Shown in pieces: positions 40,919 through 51,959 of a DNA stretch of 64,000 nt (within the stretch, counting starts at the first letter, position 1; the number at the start of each line of letters is the position of its first letter). The notes beneath the pieces are model-generated. The model was not told the DNA's origin. It was given only the letters and a program-made list of their open reading frames with translations, and ran no database searches. Source of the stretch: a virus. A program made the translations under genes and the position numbers. Location: positions 3,891 through 67,890 of the IMG/VR virus record IMGVR_UViG_3300033143_000663, one strand, 5' to 3'.

Positions 40919-41723
40919 AGGTGTTTTAATATTTGCTTTCAATAACACTAAACTAGATTACTTTAAACAGGCAGTCTGGGTAGCAGACAGAGTTGACAAA
41001 TTTTTAGGATTGCCGACAACTATTATTACAGACGATAACAGTTATAAAGAAACTCGCCATAATACAATATGCATAGAAGCTGAGATTATGAGTAAGCGTA
41101 ACTTTGACGTGTCACAAGACGATCAAGTTGATCACTGGTACAACGCCAACAGGTTTCAAGCCTATAACTTGTCGCCATACAATGAAACAATAGTAATAGA
41201 TAGTGATTATATTGTTAACAGTGAACAACTAAATTTACTTTTTAGTTCACCACATGATTTCTTATGTCACAGAGACGTGTATGATGTTGCAGCTAAAAAT
41301 AGTCTAGTAGAACACCAAACGTTTGGATCTACTAAAATGCCGCACTACTGGGCTACTGTATTGTTCTTTCGTAAATCTGAATTTGCTGAACAGATGTTCG
41401 AAACAATTACAATGATAAAAGAAAACTATAAATTCTATAGTAAATTGTATAAGTTTAATCCTAATCCGTTTCGTAATGACTTTGCAGTTAGTATAGCGAT
41501 GTCAATTATGTACGGACATAGAATAAATTCAATTCCAACAATACCTTGGAAACTGCCAACTGCGGTTACAGATATAACAACAACACAAATTAACGATACG
41601 ACGTTTAAGCTATTATATAATAAGCGTTATAGGAATAAAGTTCGCACAATGAGCACAATAATTAAAGATCATGATTTTCATTGTTTTAATAAAGTAGCAT
41701 TGGAACAGATGATAAATGATTGA
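40911..41723 (+). CDS. GT-A fold glycosyltransferase-like protein
   Basis: LSPYNETIVIDSDY (DxD), WATVLFFRK, FRNDFA. Confidence 0.7.
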   Translation: MNKGVLIFAFNNTKLDYFKQAVWVADRVDKFLGLPTTIITDDNSYKETRHNTICIEAEIMSKRNFDVSQDDQVDHWYNANRFQAYNLSPYNETIVIDSDYIVNSEQLNLLFSSPHDFLCHRDVYDVAAKNSLVEHQTFGSTKMPHYWATVLFFRKSEFAEQMFETITMIKENYKFYSKLYKFNPNPFRNDFAVSIAMSIMYGHRINSIPTIPWKLPTAVTDITTTQINDTTFKLLYNKRYRNKVRTMSTIIKDHDFHCFNKVALEQMIND

Positions 41724-42525
41724 AGCAGAAAGAGGATATTTAATAGTTGCACAAAATACATCTGACGTAGATTATATCGATTGTGCTAGGGCCTGTGCGC
41801 GTAGTATTAAACTACACACACCAACCGCAAAAATAGCAATACTATCAGACAAAAAGTACAACCTCAACGAATTTGATTACCATATTGTTTTTCCATATAC
41901 AACTGACCCAGATAATCCGTTTTCAAATGATTGGCAAGTATATCATGCAAGTCCGTTCAGACAAACTATTAAAATAGAAGCGGATATGATAGTTCCACAT
42001 TGTATAGAACATTGGTGGTTAATGTTAGAAAAGAAAGATGTTGTATTAACAACCGGAGCACGAAACTACCACAACGAGTTAACACAACAAAGACATTATA
42101 GAAAAATATTTGATGCTAATAACTTACCAGACGTATATAATGCTATAACGTATTGGAGAGTCAGTAAACCTGCATCGGATTTTTTTGCAATGGTAAAACA
42201 ATTATTTGATAATTGGGAAGATGTGCAAACACAACTTAAATTAGGTAAAACAGATCATGGCACAACAGATCTAGTTTATGCTATCGCAGCAAGAGCATTT
42301 GGAGTTGAAAATGTTACGTTGCCAGGAACGAGTTATCCTTCATTGATACACATGAAAGGTAGAATAAATGATTGTGCGGGCGAAGATTGGACAAAAGAAT
42401 TGGTATGGGAGTTAGCTGGCGCTAACATACGTATCAATACTCTTGATCAACAGTATCCATTTCATTACTGTATAAAAGAATTTAGCAAGGTTTTAAACGA
42501 ATATTATGACACTTACTCCCTTTGA
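41716..42525 (+). CDS. GT-A fold glycosyltransferase-like protein (paralogue of 40911)
   Basis: SPFRQTIKIEADM (ExD variant), TTDLVYAIA, HMKG, PFHY. Confidence 0.65.
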   Translation: MIEAERGYLIVAQNTSDVDYIDCARACARSIKLHTPTAKIAILSDKKYNLNEFDYHIVFPYTTDPDNPFSNDWQVYHASPFRQTIKIEADMIVPHCIEHWWLMLEKKDVVLTTGARNYHNELTQQRHYRKIFDANNLPDVYNAITYWRVSKPASDFFAMVKQLFDNWEDVQTQLKLGKTDHGTTDLVYAIAARAFGVENVTLPGTSYPSLIHMKGRINDCAGEDWTKELVWELAGANIRINTLDQQYPFHYCIKEFSKVLNEYYDTYSL

Positions 42526-42832
42526 AGAAGCACTAAAATTAACAGATAACGTCGCACCGGTTGAACTTGAATTTAGACTGTACTACGACACTGAAACAAA
42601 TCTTCCATTATTTTATTCAATGGAAGAACAGCAAGGTGACTATATAAATATATCCAAGGAAGAATTTGCCGAATGTAGGTACGATATTATTATTAAAGAT
42701 AGCAAGATATGTAAAGTTACACACTTGTCGATTGGTAAATTGGTGCCTACGCACTTTGGATACGGCACAACAAAAGATGATATTACTATTGTGGGTAACG
42801 AACAGAATTGGAATATGAAAACATATGATTGA
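42506..42832 (+). CDS. Hypothetical protein
   Basis: Overlapping ORF within the operon. Confidence 0.65.
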   Translation: MTLTPFEEALKLTDNVAPVELEFRLYYDTETNLPLFYSMEEQQGDYINISKEEFAECRYDIIIKDSKICKVTHLSIGKLVPTHFGYGTTKDDITIVGNEQNWNMKTYD

Positions 42833-43748
42833 TTCAATAGACATAGCAGACTTAGACGTAGTTTATCTAAGTTACGATGAACCACAGAAAGAAGAGTTCT
42901 GGGTTAGGATTAAAAATATGGTTCCGTGGGCCGTTAGAGTAGACGGTGTTAAGGGTAGCGATGCAGCGCATAAAGCCGCCGCAGACGCAAGTGAAACAGA
43001 TAGATTTATTTTGATTGATGGTGACAACTTGCCCGACTTGGACTTCTTTAACTTAACACTTGATTTTAAAGATGCAGATTATGAAAAGGCTGTATTCCGT
43101 TGGAGAGCACGTAACCACATCAATGGGTTGATGTACGGCAATGGTGGTATTAGTTGTTGGACTAAAGACTTTATATATAATATGAAAACACACGAAGCAA
43201 GTGTAGGTAGTGATGACACCGATGTGGAGTTTTGTTTTGATCCATTGTATTGGGCGATGCATGATTGTTATAGTACGACATATCCAAATGGTAGCAAGTT
43301 CCATGCATGGCGCGCAGGGTTTAGAGAAGGCGTTAAGATGTGCTTGAACCAGGGTAAGAAACCTACAATCGGAGAGTTTAAAGATAGCGTACATAAACGT
43401 AACATGGCCCATTTAAGTATTTGGCATAACATAGGTAGTGATGAGGAATACGGCTCATGGGCAATTCTTGGTGCGCGTATGGGTACACATATGACAATGT
43501 TAACAGACTGGAATTATAAAGAAGTACAGTGGTTCGACAACCTGGCAGAAATTTACAAGCAGGTGCATGATGTACCAGCACAAATTCAAGCATTAGGTGT
43601 AGAGCTCGAAACACAATTAGATTTACCTATGCTGTCACCTAGTGCTGAGCATAGCAAGTTCTTTAAAGATCACTATCGTTCTAATTGGCACAATAAAGGT
43701 GTAATGGTACGTGAAATTGATGTAATACGTAACCTAGAAGGTTGGTAA
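42825..43748 (+). CDS. Glycosyltransferase-like protein (GT2-like)
   Basis: LSYDEP, VDGVKGSDAAH, FILIDGDN (DxD), NGLMYGNGG, AWRAGFREGVKM. Confidence 0.7.
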   Translation: MIDSIDIADLDVVYLSYDEPQKEEFWVRIKNMVPWAVRVDGVKGSDAAHKAAADASETDRFILIDGDNLPDLDFFNLTLDFKDADYEKAVFRWRARNHINGLMYGNGGISCWTKDFIYNMKTHEASVGSDDTDVEFCFDPLYWAMHDCYSTTYPNGSKFHAWRAGFREGVKMCLNQGKKPTIGEFKDSVHKRNMAHLSIWHNIGSDEEYGSWAILGARMGTHMTMLTDWNYKEVQWFDNLAEIYKQVHDVPAQIQALGVELETQLDLPMLSPSAEHSKFFKDHYRSNWHNKGVMVREIDVIRNLEGW

Positions 43749-45121
43749 TGAGTAAGAGTAAGTTTTTGTCTGACGCAGAAAAGATGAAGGAGAAACTAGA
43801 CTCTGTTAGTCCTTCGATGTGTCTTGCAAAATGGAAACAGGTGTCCTTGCATTTGACTACAGGGTTGAATAACTCGTGCTACCATCCACCATTACATACA
43901 ATAGATGTCGCCGCAATTAAAAAAGACCCAAGTGCATTACATAACACAGAGTTAAAGAACAACATACGTAAGCAAATGATAGAAGGTATTCGTCCAGCAG
44001 AGTGTAGCTATTGTTGGGCAATGGAAGATAATGGAAAGCTGAGTGATCGTCACTACAGAAGTGGCGAACCGTGGGCAGCAAAAGACTTTGACGCTATAGT
44101 TGCAAACCCATATGCCGATGTTAACCCTTCATATGTGGAGGTTAACTTTAACCATGCATGTAACTTGGCGTGTTCTTATTGCTCCCCTCAGTTTTCCACT
44201 ACTTGGATGAAGGAAGTTAAGAAGCACGGTGCGTACCCTACAGCACAACCACACAACGATCCTGCGTACTTTACTAGCATCAGACGCCCAATACCTAACC
44301 GCGAAGATAATCCATACGTTGATGCATTTTGGGAGTGGTGGCCAGAACTATATAAAGAACTTGTACATTTTAGAATGACAGGTGGCGAACCACTTATGGA
44401 TAAGAATACATACAAGGTATTTGATTATGTATTAGCAAACCCAAAGCCCGATTTGCATTTAAATGTAACAAGTAATTTGTCTGTAGACCAAAAACTATGG
44501 GACAAGTACATGGGCTATGTTAAGCAATTAACAACAGGTAAGATCGAACACTTTATGCAGTACGTAAGTGTTGACACTTGGGGCGAACAAGCTGAGTACA
44601 TACGCCACGGATTAGACTTCAATTTGCTTCTTGAACGTGTAGAGGAATTTCTAACAGAGATACCTAGTTACAGTAGCATCACGTTTATTATTACAATGAA
44701 CAATCTATCCATACATAACCTCAGACAGTTAATGATGAACATATTACACTTGAGAAGAAAGTATAGTAAGGACTTCCAGCGTGTCTGGTTTGATACTCCT
44801 GTGCTACGTACACCAGAATGGCAGAGTATGCAAATACTTCCAGAGCACTTTGTTAGTAGGTTAGAAGATGCGAAACAATACATGCTAGACAACATGGAAA
44901 CAGAAGACAATCGTTTCCACGGGTTTAAAGACTATGAAGTACAGCGCATGGACAGAGACATTGCGTGGATGAAACAAGGAACAGACAACCTAGAACAAAA
45001 GAAGGCAGACTTCTATCGCTTCTTTAACGAAGCGGACAGACGTCACAATACAAACTTTTTATTAACGTTCCCTGAGCTAACTGCATTTTGGAACGAGTGC
45101 AAATATTATGCAAACAAATAA
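43748..45121 (+). CDS. Radical SAM protein with N-terminal twitch/SPASM-like domain
   Basis: CLAKW...SCYH...ECSYCW, then CNLACSYC, GGEP, SVD. Confidence 0.9.
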   Translation: MSKSKFLSDAEKMKEKLDSVSPSMCLAKWKQVSLHLTTGLNNSCYHPPLHTIDVAAIKKDPSALHNTELKNNIRKQMIEGIRPAECSYCWAMEDNGKLSDRHYRSGEPWAAKDFDAIVANPYADVNPSYVEVNFNHACNLACSYCSPQFSTTWMKEVKKHGAYPTAQPHNDPAYFTSIRRPIPNREDNPYVDAFWEWWPELYKELVHFRMTGGEPLMDKNTYKVFDYVLANPKPDLHLNVTSNLSVDQKLWDKYMGYVKQLTTGKIEHFMQYVSVDTWGEQAEYIRHGLDFNLLLERVEEFLTEIPSYSSITFIITMNNLSIHNLRQLMMNILHLRRKYSKDFQRVWFDTPVLRTPEWQSMQILPEHFVSRLEDAKQYMLDNMETEDNRFHGFKDYEVQRMDRDIAWMKQGTDNLEQKKADFYRFFNEADRRHNTNFLLTFPELTAFWNECKYYANK

Positions 45122-45407
45122 ACTCAAGGTATTTAAAATTTTAAAAGGGGAAAAGATTGTCATTCGGCGTCGATTTCCGAATTTTGTTTGCGACGGCCGA
45201 CCGTTAGGGCCAGAACCTGAATTGTATCTACATTCAATAATAATTGAAGAAGACTTTTATACGTTAGATTGGGTAAAGGAAATTATGTCTGACCCGAATT
45301 TTAAAAGTTGGTTTGTTGAGGCGGAAAAAATATGTGCCCGGTATGGAACTGACACAGCTTGGCATGCGGTGGTTGAAGAAGGAGAAATATCTTTTGCTAA
45401 CAGATAA
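45108..45407 (+). CDS. Hypothetical protein
   Basis: Short ORF overlapping both flanking radical SAM genes. Confidence 0.5.
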   Translation: MQTNKLKVFKILKGEKIVIRRRFPNFVCDGRPLGPEPELYLHSIIIEEDFYTLDWVKEIMSDPNFKSWFVEAEKICARYGTDTAWHAVVEEGEISFANR

Positions 45408-46572
45408 GAACAAAGATACATTCTGCCCAGGACACTGGGACGATATTCATTTTGCTCCGTCACAAGGATATATGTACGGTTGTTGCAAAGCGGTACCAAT
45501 CCCAATAGAAGATACACGCGAAACTGATCAACGTATACACGACTCTCTAAATGGTATTAGAAACCCAGCCTGCGAGTACTGCTGGAAAACAGAAGATGCA
45601 GGCAACGAAAGCTATCGACATTACAAAATTAAGTTATGGAATAAAACAAAAAGTTGCCGCATGTTAAATTTAGTACTTGGTAATCTGTGTAATCTCCAAT
45701 GTACGTATTGCAACGAAAAATATAGTTCAAAGTGGCAAACGGATAAAAAACGCAACGGTGAAATCAAACTGCATTTTGATAGAAATGTATATTACGGCGG
45801 CGAATCAATCGACAACAAGGAGTCACAGGAATATATTGACTTCTTTAATAGCATTACACCCGCACCAAAAGTATTCTCAGTGTCGGGCGGAGAGCCATTA
45901 ATGGGAAATATTTTTAATGATATTTTAACACAATGCGATCTAACTGATGTAGAGACCATACGTGTTTCTACAAACTTAAACTACCCAAACCGAGTTGTAG
46001 TTAAAAAGCTATTAGAATTTGAGAATACACATAAGGTAATTTTCAATGTAAGTTTAGATACAATAGACTCCGAAATGCAGGAATATATACGTTTTGGATT
46101 TTCATGGAAGAAGTTCAAAAATAATTTAGATTTTCTCTTAAATGAAACATCAGTGTGTATAAATTTTAATTCACTTTTTACAGCACAAACAGTATTTGGT
46201 ATTTACAACATGTACGAATTCGTGTATAATTTAAAGATGGCATATCCTGACAGGATTAATTGGTTTATATCAACATGTACAACACCATCAATACATACCT
46301 TTGACACGTTAGTTGATTCGGATAAAGCGAAGGCATTAGCATTCGCGCAAGCGGCGCAATCGAAAATATCCGGTCAACAAGTCGCAGACCAAATGTCAAT
46401 TGTGAACAAAACATATATGGAATTGATACAAATTAATAAATTGGTTGCGGCATTAGAGCAAGCGACATTCAATGAAGAATTACTAAAGGATCAGCAAAGT
46501 TTCTTTAGACAGTTCAATGAGAGACAGGAAATTCAATTACCTAAAAAACTAAAGTTTTTAATTGGAGAGTAA
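45394..46572 (+). CDS. Radical SAM protein with N-terminal twitch domain
   Basis: FCPGHW...GCC...CEYCW, CNLQCTYC, GGEP. Likely TTG start at 45394 after GGAG. Confidence 0.85.
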   Translation: MLTDKNKDTFCPGHWDDIHFAPSQGYMYGCCKAVPIPIEDTRETDQRIHDSLNGIRNPACEYCWKTEDAGNESYRHYKIKLWNKTKSCRMLNLVLGNLCNLQCTYCNEKYSSKWQTDKKRNGEIKLHFDRNVYYGGESIDNKESQEYIDFFNSITPAPKVFSVSGGEPLMGNIFNDILTQCDLTDVETIRVSTNLNYPNRVVVKKLLEFENTHKVIFNVSLDTIDSEMQEYIRFGFSWKKFKNNLDFLLNETSVCINFNSLFTAQTVFGIYNMYEFVYNLKMAYPDRINWFISTCTTPSIHTFDTLVDSDKAKALAFAQAAQSKISGQQVADQMSIVNKTYMELIQINKLVAALEQATFNEELLKDQQSFFRQFNERQEIQLPKKLKFLIGE

Positions 46573-46573
46573 A

Positions 46574-47941
46574 ATGAGTTTAAGAAAACCGGGCAGAGAA
46601 AAAGATGAAGAAGTGCTAGACTTTATTAACTCGTTTAGTCCTTCGATGTGTTTGGCTAAATGGTACAATGCTACTATATGGCTTGGCAGTGGTCAAACAA
46701 CGAGCTGCCATCATCCGCCAGCACACCAAATCGATCTCAAAGAACTTGAAAGCAACCCAAGAGCCTTACACAATACACGCGAGAAGAAAACAGATCGTAT
46801 GCAAATGCAAGATGGCCGTCGTCCACCGGGTTGTGAGTACTGCTGGAAGATTGAAGATATGGAACGTGGTGCTATTAGCGACCGTGTTTATAAGTCTGTA
46901 ATATATGACGATAAAGATGTTAACCTTGTTTCAATGCTTGATCCACGCTCGGATGTTAATCTTAAAACTCTTGAGATTGCCTTTGACCGTACATGTAACT
47001 TTGCTTGTTCGTATTGTAACCCAGCGTTTAGCACCGAATGGGTCAAGGACATAAAGAAGTTTGGCCCGTATCGCTTATTACAAAGTGATGGTCGCAATCA
47101 CTTCACGCACACACATGATTCAGCAGAGCCGTATGGCCCAAAAGAAGAAAACCCGTATGTAGAAGCGTTCTTTAAATGGTGGGACTCGGATTTAAAATAT
47201 ACGTTACAAGAGTTACGACTGACTGGCGGCGAACCTTTAATGTCTGGGCACACCTGGCGCTTGTTTGATAAGTTTATAGAAGATAAACCCGACATGCAGT
47301 TTGCCTTAAATAGTAATCTGTGTGCTAAGGATAAACTAATTGATAAGTTGGTTGAAACAACACATTCAATTTCAAACTTCCAGTTATACACAAGCAATGA
47401 AGCCATAGGCGATCAAGCAGAGTACATACGCGACGGGCTTGATTGGTTACAATGGAAACTAAATGTACACAAGATTCTTAAGGAAGGAAGTGTTCAAGGT
47501 TTTCATATGATGTGTACTATTAATGCATTGTGTTTAGAGTCGTTACCACAGTTCTTAGATATGATGTTGGAAATGAAAACAGCGTACGGTGGCCAGAACT
47601 TTCCAACGTTTTCATTAAACATCTTAAGGTTCCCATCGTTCCAGAGTCCACTAGTATTACCGGACGACTTACGAACAGAATTTAAAGATGAATTGCAGTG
47701 GTGGTTAGATACCAATGGCACTAATCCATTGTTGCATGAAATGGAAATTAATCAAGTACAGCGGTTAATTGATTACCTTGATGTTGTTAAAACACCACAC
47801 GATGGTACGTTTGACTTGCCTGCATTGCGTAACGATTTTTACATGTTTTATCAACAGTATGACTCGCGCCGTAGCAAGTGTCTTAGCTTGACCTTTCCTA
47901 GGATAGGAGAATGGTATGATGGTCTCGGACAGAAGATCTAG
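46574..47941 (+). CDS. Radical SAM protein with N-terminal twitch domain (close paralogue of 43748)
   Basis: SPSMCLAKW...SCHHP...CEYCW, CNFACSYC, GGEP. Confidence 0.9.
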   Translation: MSLRKPGREKDEEVLDFINSFSPSMCLAKWYNATIWLGSGQTTSCHHPPAHQIDLKELESNPRALHNTREKKTDRMQMQDGRRPPGCEYCWKIEDMERGAISDRVYKSVIYDDKDVNLVSMLDPRSDVNLKTLEIAFDRTCNFACSYCNPAFSTEWVKDIKKFGPYRLLQSDGRNHFTHTHDSAEPYGPKEENPYVEAFFKWWDSDLKYTLQELRLTGGEPLMSGHTWRLFDKFIEDKPDMQFALNSNLCAKDKLIDKLVETTHSISNFQLYTSNEAIGDQAEYIRDGLDWLQWKLNVHKILKEGSVQGFHMMCTINALCLESLPQFLDMMLEMKTAYGGQNFPTFSLNILRFPSFQSPLVLPDDLRTEFKDELQWWLDTNGTNPLLHEMEINQVQRLIDYLDVVKTPHDGTFDLPALRNDFYMFYQQYDSRRSKCLSLTFPRIGEWYDGLGQKI

Positions 47942-47951
47942 GGGTTCTAAA

Positions 47952-48188
47952 GTGGAGAAATTGCCAGACGGCCCGATCAACTGGAACCGACGGTTTATAC
48001 GAACACTCAAAGTGAACGGAAAGCAAACATATATAATTTCGGACTATAAGTTCTGGTCAAACAATCAAGTTGAACTTGAAAATTGGCTTATAGCTAATAC
48101 TGAGGATGGTCTAGATACGCAAGAAGGAATGACACTAAATTTTTGCAGCGAGCAAGAAGAATTAATGTTTAAGTTAAGATGGGAATAA
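47952..48188 (+). CDS. Small protein of the 'F....(D/E)...FKL' paralogue family
   Basis: WL..NT...G...F.SEQEELMFKLRW; probable GTG start. Confidence 0.6.
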   Translation: MEKLPDGPINWNRRFIRTLKVNGKQTYIISDYKFWSNNQVELENWLIANTEDGLDTQEGMTLNFCSEQEELMFKLRWE

Positions 48189-48189
48189 C

Positions 48190-49473
48190 ATGAGTTACGA
48201 TTATAATAGCTGGCATCCAGTAGGGATTAATCCAGAAGAATTAGACGAGTACGAAACGGAGTTACTACGTGATAGTAAAACGTTTTGTATCTATCCGTGG
48301 ATCCATTTACATGCATATCCAACAGGCGAAACGTATCCTTGTTGTCATGCAGACATGCAGCAACCTGTAGGTAGTACACGTAAAGATGCAATGAAAGATA
48401 TTTGGAACAGCAATGGCATGAAACAGATACGTAAGAACATGCTCGAGGGTAAAGCATGTAGCGAGTGTGTAGGATGTTATGAACAAGAAGAAGCAGGTTT
48501 CTTTAGTGGACGTAAGAGTGCTAATAAGCATCACGGACATCAAATTAATCTAGTAGAAGAAACACAAGCAGACGGCCACCTAGACAAATTTCAAATGTCT
48601 TACTGGGACGTGAGGTTCAGTAATTTATGTAACCTTAGTTGTCGCAGTTGTGGTCATATTTTCAGCAGTAGTTGGTATAAAGACCAAGTAGCGTTAGCCG
48701 GCGCCCAGTGGGGAGCAGACAATAGTGCTTTGCAGATTGCAGGCCGCAACAAAACAGATATGTTTGAACAGCTCATGGAACATATTGACTACGTTGAACA
48801 AATATACTTTGCAGGCGGTGAACCCTTAACCATGGAAGAACATTATCTGATTCTCGATGAACTGGAACGCAGAAAATTGTTCCATGTTCGCTTGATATAC
48901 AACACTAACTTCACACAGATTAAACTTAAAGACAGAGAAGTCTTTGATTACTGGAAAAAGTTTGATAGTGTTAGTGTTGGAGCGAGTTTAGATGCAATGG
49001 GGCGCCGCGCAGAGTATATACGTAAGGGTACGAAATGGGACGTTGTGGAAGAAAACAGACGCAAGATGCTAGAAGTCTGTCCTGATGTGGACTTTTATAT
49101 AAGTCCAACGTTAAGCATAATGAATGCTTTGCACATTACGGATTTCCACAAGGATTGGGTAGAGAAGGGTTTCTTAAAACCACAGGACCTAAACATCAAT
49201 ATTTTGCAAGACCCGCTAGAGTTTAGAATTGATATTGCTCCACCTAGGTACAAAGAACGTATACGAGAGCTATTTGAAAAGCATATTAAATGGCTCAAAG
49301 GTAAGGATGATTTAAATCGTGCTACTACAGGATTCGAAAGTGCCTTAACGTTTTTAGATGCAACAGACAACACACATTTAATACCTGCGTTCTGGGATAA
49401 GATAAACACTATGGATAGAATTCGCAATGAAACATGGCATGACTATATCATTGAGGTTCACGATATTAAATGA
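48190..49473 (+). CDS. Radical SAM protein with N-terminal SPASM/twitch domain
   Basis: FCIYPW...GETYPCC...IWN...CVGC, CNLSCRSC, GGEP. Confidence 0.9.
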   Translation: MSYDYNSWHPVGINPEELDEYETELLRDSKTFCIYPWIHLHAYPTGETYPCCHADMQQPVGSTRKDAMKDIWNSNGMKQIRKNMLEGKACSECVGCYEQEEAGFFSGRKSANKHHGHQINLVEETQADGHLDKFQMSYWDVRFSNLCNLSCRSCGHIFSSSWYKDQVALAGAQWGADNSALQIAGRNKTDMFEQLMEHIDYVEQIYFAGGEPLTMEEHYLILDELERRKLFHVRLIYNTNFTQIKLKDREVFDYWKKFDSVSVGASLDAMGRRAEYIRKGTKWDVVEENRRKMLEVCPDVDFYISPTLSIMNALHITDFHKDWVEKGFLKPQDLNINILQDPLEFRIDIAPPRYKERIRELFEKHIKWLKGKDDLNRATTGFESALTFLDATDNTHLIPAFWDKINTMDRIRNETWHDYIIEVHDIK

Positions 49474-50666
49474 ACCTACCTAACAAAACGTTCTGCGTAT
49501 TACCGTGGATCAGTTTAGAAGCAAGCCCAATTGGTACTGTGCGCCCTTGTTGTTTAGCAGATGATGAAATAGTCAACGACGAAGGCGAGAAGTACGACCT
49601 TAATAAAGACAGCCTCCTTGCAATACAAGATTGTACACACATGGAAAAATTGCGTGAGCAATTCCTTAGAGGCGACCGTCCAGCAACGTGCCGTAGGTGT
49701 TGGGCCGAAGAAGATGTCGGGCGTACTAGTAAGCGGATGAATACAATAGCCCGTCTTGAACACGTCTTAAAAGATACAGCCGACTGGAATAAGTCCGCTA
49801 AGAACTTACAGTTTATAGACTTTAAGCTAGGCAATATTTGTAATCTAAAATGTCGTATATGTGGTAGTTGGAGTTCAAGTACATTTGCCGGCGAAGAAAT
49901 AAAGTTTGCACAAGACGATGACAGTTTCCATAGGGATATGAACCGCAAAGGAATGTGGCCGCGCAAGGCCAAGTCATTCTGGGATGAGCTCGAATTCGCA
50001 GCATCAGATTTACGCTATTTAGAGTTTACCGGCGGTGAGCCGTTTATGATAAAAGAGCACTTTGAGTTTCTAGATAGATTAATCCAAAAGGGTCTAGCTA
50101 AACAAATCGAAATACATTATAACACAAATGGTACACACTGGCCCGAAAAGTACGTGCATCTTTGGAAAGAATTCAAGCATGTAGAATTTGCATTTAGTAT
50201 CGATAACATTGGTAAGCGGTTCGAGTACGAACGTACCAATGCAAATTGGGATGAAGTAAACGAAAATATTTGGAAGTTTATTAAGTGGCGTTCGGGTCAA
50301 TTGAATACATCTCTCCAGCTATGTACTACTATTAATATCTATAATGTGTTATACTTAGAGGATATCTACAATTGGGAGTACTTCGATAAGTTCGATTTTG
50401 TATTTTGGAATATGTTACACGATGCACCGGAAAATTGTATTAAGTCGTTGCCGGAACATGCAAAAGCCGCAGTAAGAGAAAAGTTATTACTAGCTCATGT
50501 AGATGATAAAACATTAGAAGAATTTAAAAATGTTGTTAGTTTTATGGACTCAGGTAAGGGTGTTGACCCGTTGCCTAATATTACTAAGCTAGACAACCGC
50601 CGCGGAGTGTCTTTAAAAGATACTCATCCAGAACTATATAAATTATTATATGAAGAAGCCAGATAA
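49470..50666 (+). CDS. Radical SAM protein with N-terminal SPASM/twitch domain
   Basis: FCVLPW...RPCC...CRRCW, CNLKCRIC, GGEP, TNG, SID. Confidence 0.9.
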   Translation: MNLPNKTFCVLPWISLEASPIGTVRPCCLADDEIVNDEGEKYDLNKDSLLAIQDCTHMEKLREQFLRGDRPATCRRCWAEEDVGRTSKRMNTIARLEHVLKDTADWNKSAKNLQFIDFKLGNICNLKCRICGSWSSSTFAGEEIKFAQDDDSFHRDMNRKGMWPRKAKSFWDELEFAASDLRYLEFTGGEPFMIKEHFEFLDRLIQKGLAKQIEIHYNTNGTHWPEKYVHLWKEFKHVEFAFSIDNIGKRFEYERTNANWDEVNENIWKFIKWRSGQLNTSLQLCTTINIYNVLYLEDIYNWEYFDKFDFVFWNMLHDAPENCIKSLPEHAKAAVREKLLLAHVDDKTLEEFKNVVSFMDSGKGVDPLPNITKLDNRRGVSLKDTHPELYKLLYEEAR

Positions 50667-51959
50667 CAAACCAGATACATTGTGCCTTGCACCGTGGATT
50701 CATACATATCTAAGTCCACAGACTGAACGTAGAATGTGTTGCGCTTCACGCGAACCAGCACAAAACTTTAAACAGTACATAGATACACACACAGGTGACG
50801 GCCTGTATAATCCCTTAACACTAGAAGAACACTGGAACAGTGAACACATGAAGTCTGTGCGTAAGCGTATGATGGCAGGCGAAGAATTAAGTGAATGCGA
50901 TGTATGCAATAACAAGTTACTAAACACAGACGTTTACCGTAGTTACTTTTGGAATATGTTCAAACAACATTACGATAACATTTGGGATCACACAGATGAT
51001 GATGGCCATACATACATGAACCCAGTAAGCTGGGACTATCGGTTCAGTAATTTGTGTAACTTCAAGTGCCGTATGTGCGGCGGTATGCTATCGTCTAGCT
51101 GGGAAAGCGAAGAACGCAAGCACGACATGATTGATTGGACTAACCCAGCTAATAACTGGATGCAAAAAGATGTCCGCGGGCAAATAAGTAAATTTCAAGA
51201 TACACAAGTTGAAAAAGAATTTAGTGATGCGGTCGAAGAGAACCGCATTGAAGAAGTGTATTGGGTAGGTGGTGAACCACTAATGTTTGAACAGCATTGG
51301 AAGTACATGAAGCGAATCATCGATCTTGGCAATGGTCATATGGTGTATGCACGTTACAATACAAACTTATCACAAATAGAATACAAAGGTACACATCTTT
51401 ACAAAGATATCTTGCCGCATATACGCGATTGGCAGATATGTGCAAGTATTGACGGTACTGGCGAAGTTGGAGAATATATAAGGACAGGCCTAAAGTGGCA
51501 CACGTTCTTAGATAACTTTAAACAAGGATTAGCAATAGCCAATAACCCCCGCCAGATGCGTCTTGATTTTACCCTGACATTACCAGGGCTTTTTGAGCTG
51601 AAAAACATGTTTAACCTTAGTAAGTCGTTAAATACTACGTTACTTGCTAAAGTTACATTTGCATTCGGTCCAAACATTTTAATGTCGCCTTTAGCATTAG
51701 AATAGTAAACGACTTTTTAGAGTATGCGAATAAGGAAGGATATGACCAAAACCAGCAGCCGCTAGTTGATGTTATGACCAATATTTTAAGCAGGCCTACA
51801 TTCGAAGAAGAATGGCCAAGCGACTACGAGCAAGGAGCAATTGACGGGAAAGCCCGTATACTAAAGGTTGAGAATGTTCGCCTTGCTTCATGTACGCTGG
51901 AAGATATTTTACAATCAGAGGATGCAGAAGCATATGAGTGGTACAAAGCAATATCTTGA
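50650..51959 (+). pseudogene. Radical SAM (N-terminal twitch) gene split by a frameshift near 51700
   Basis: CNFKCRMC core in 50650-51705, ending SPLALE*. The -1 frame continues RIVNDFLEY...MTNILSRPTFEEEWP to 51959. Confidence 0.6.

Noticed and set aside
51703-51708. Stop-codon reassignment or readthrough at TAG
   Set aside because: TAG is immediately followed by TAA and the continuation lies in another frame. Other genes are intact under code 11 and use TAG/TGA as real stops.
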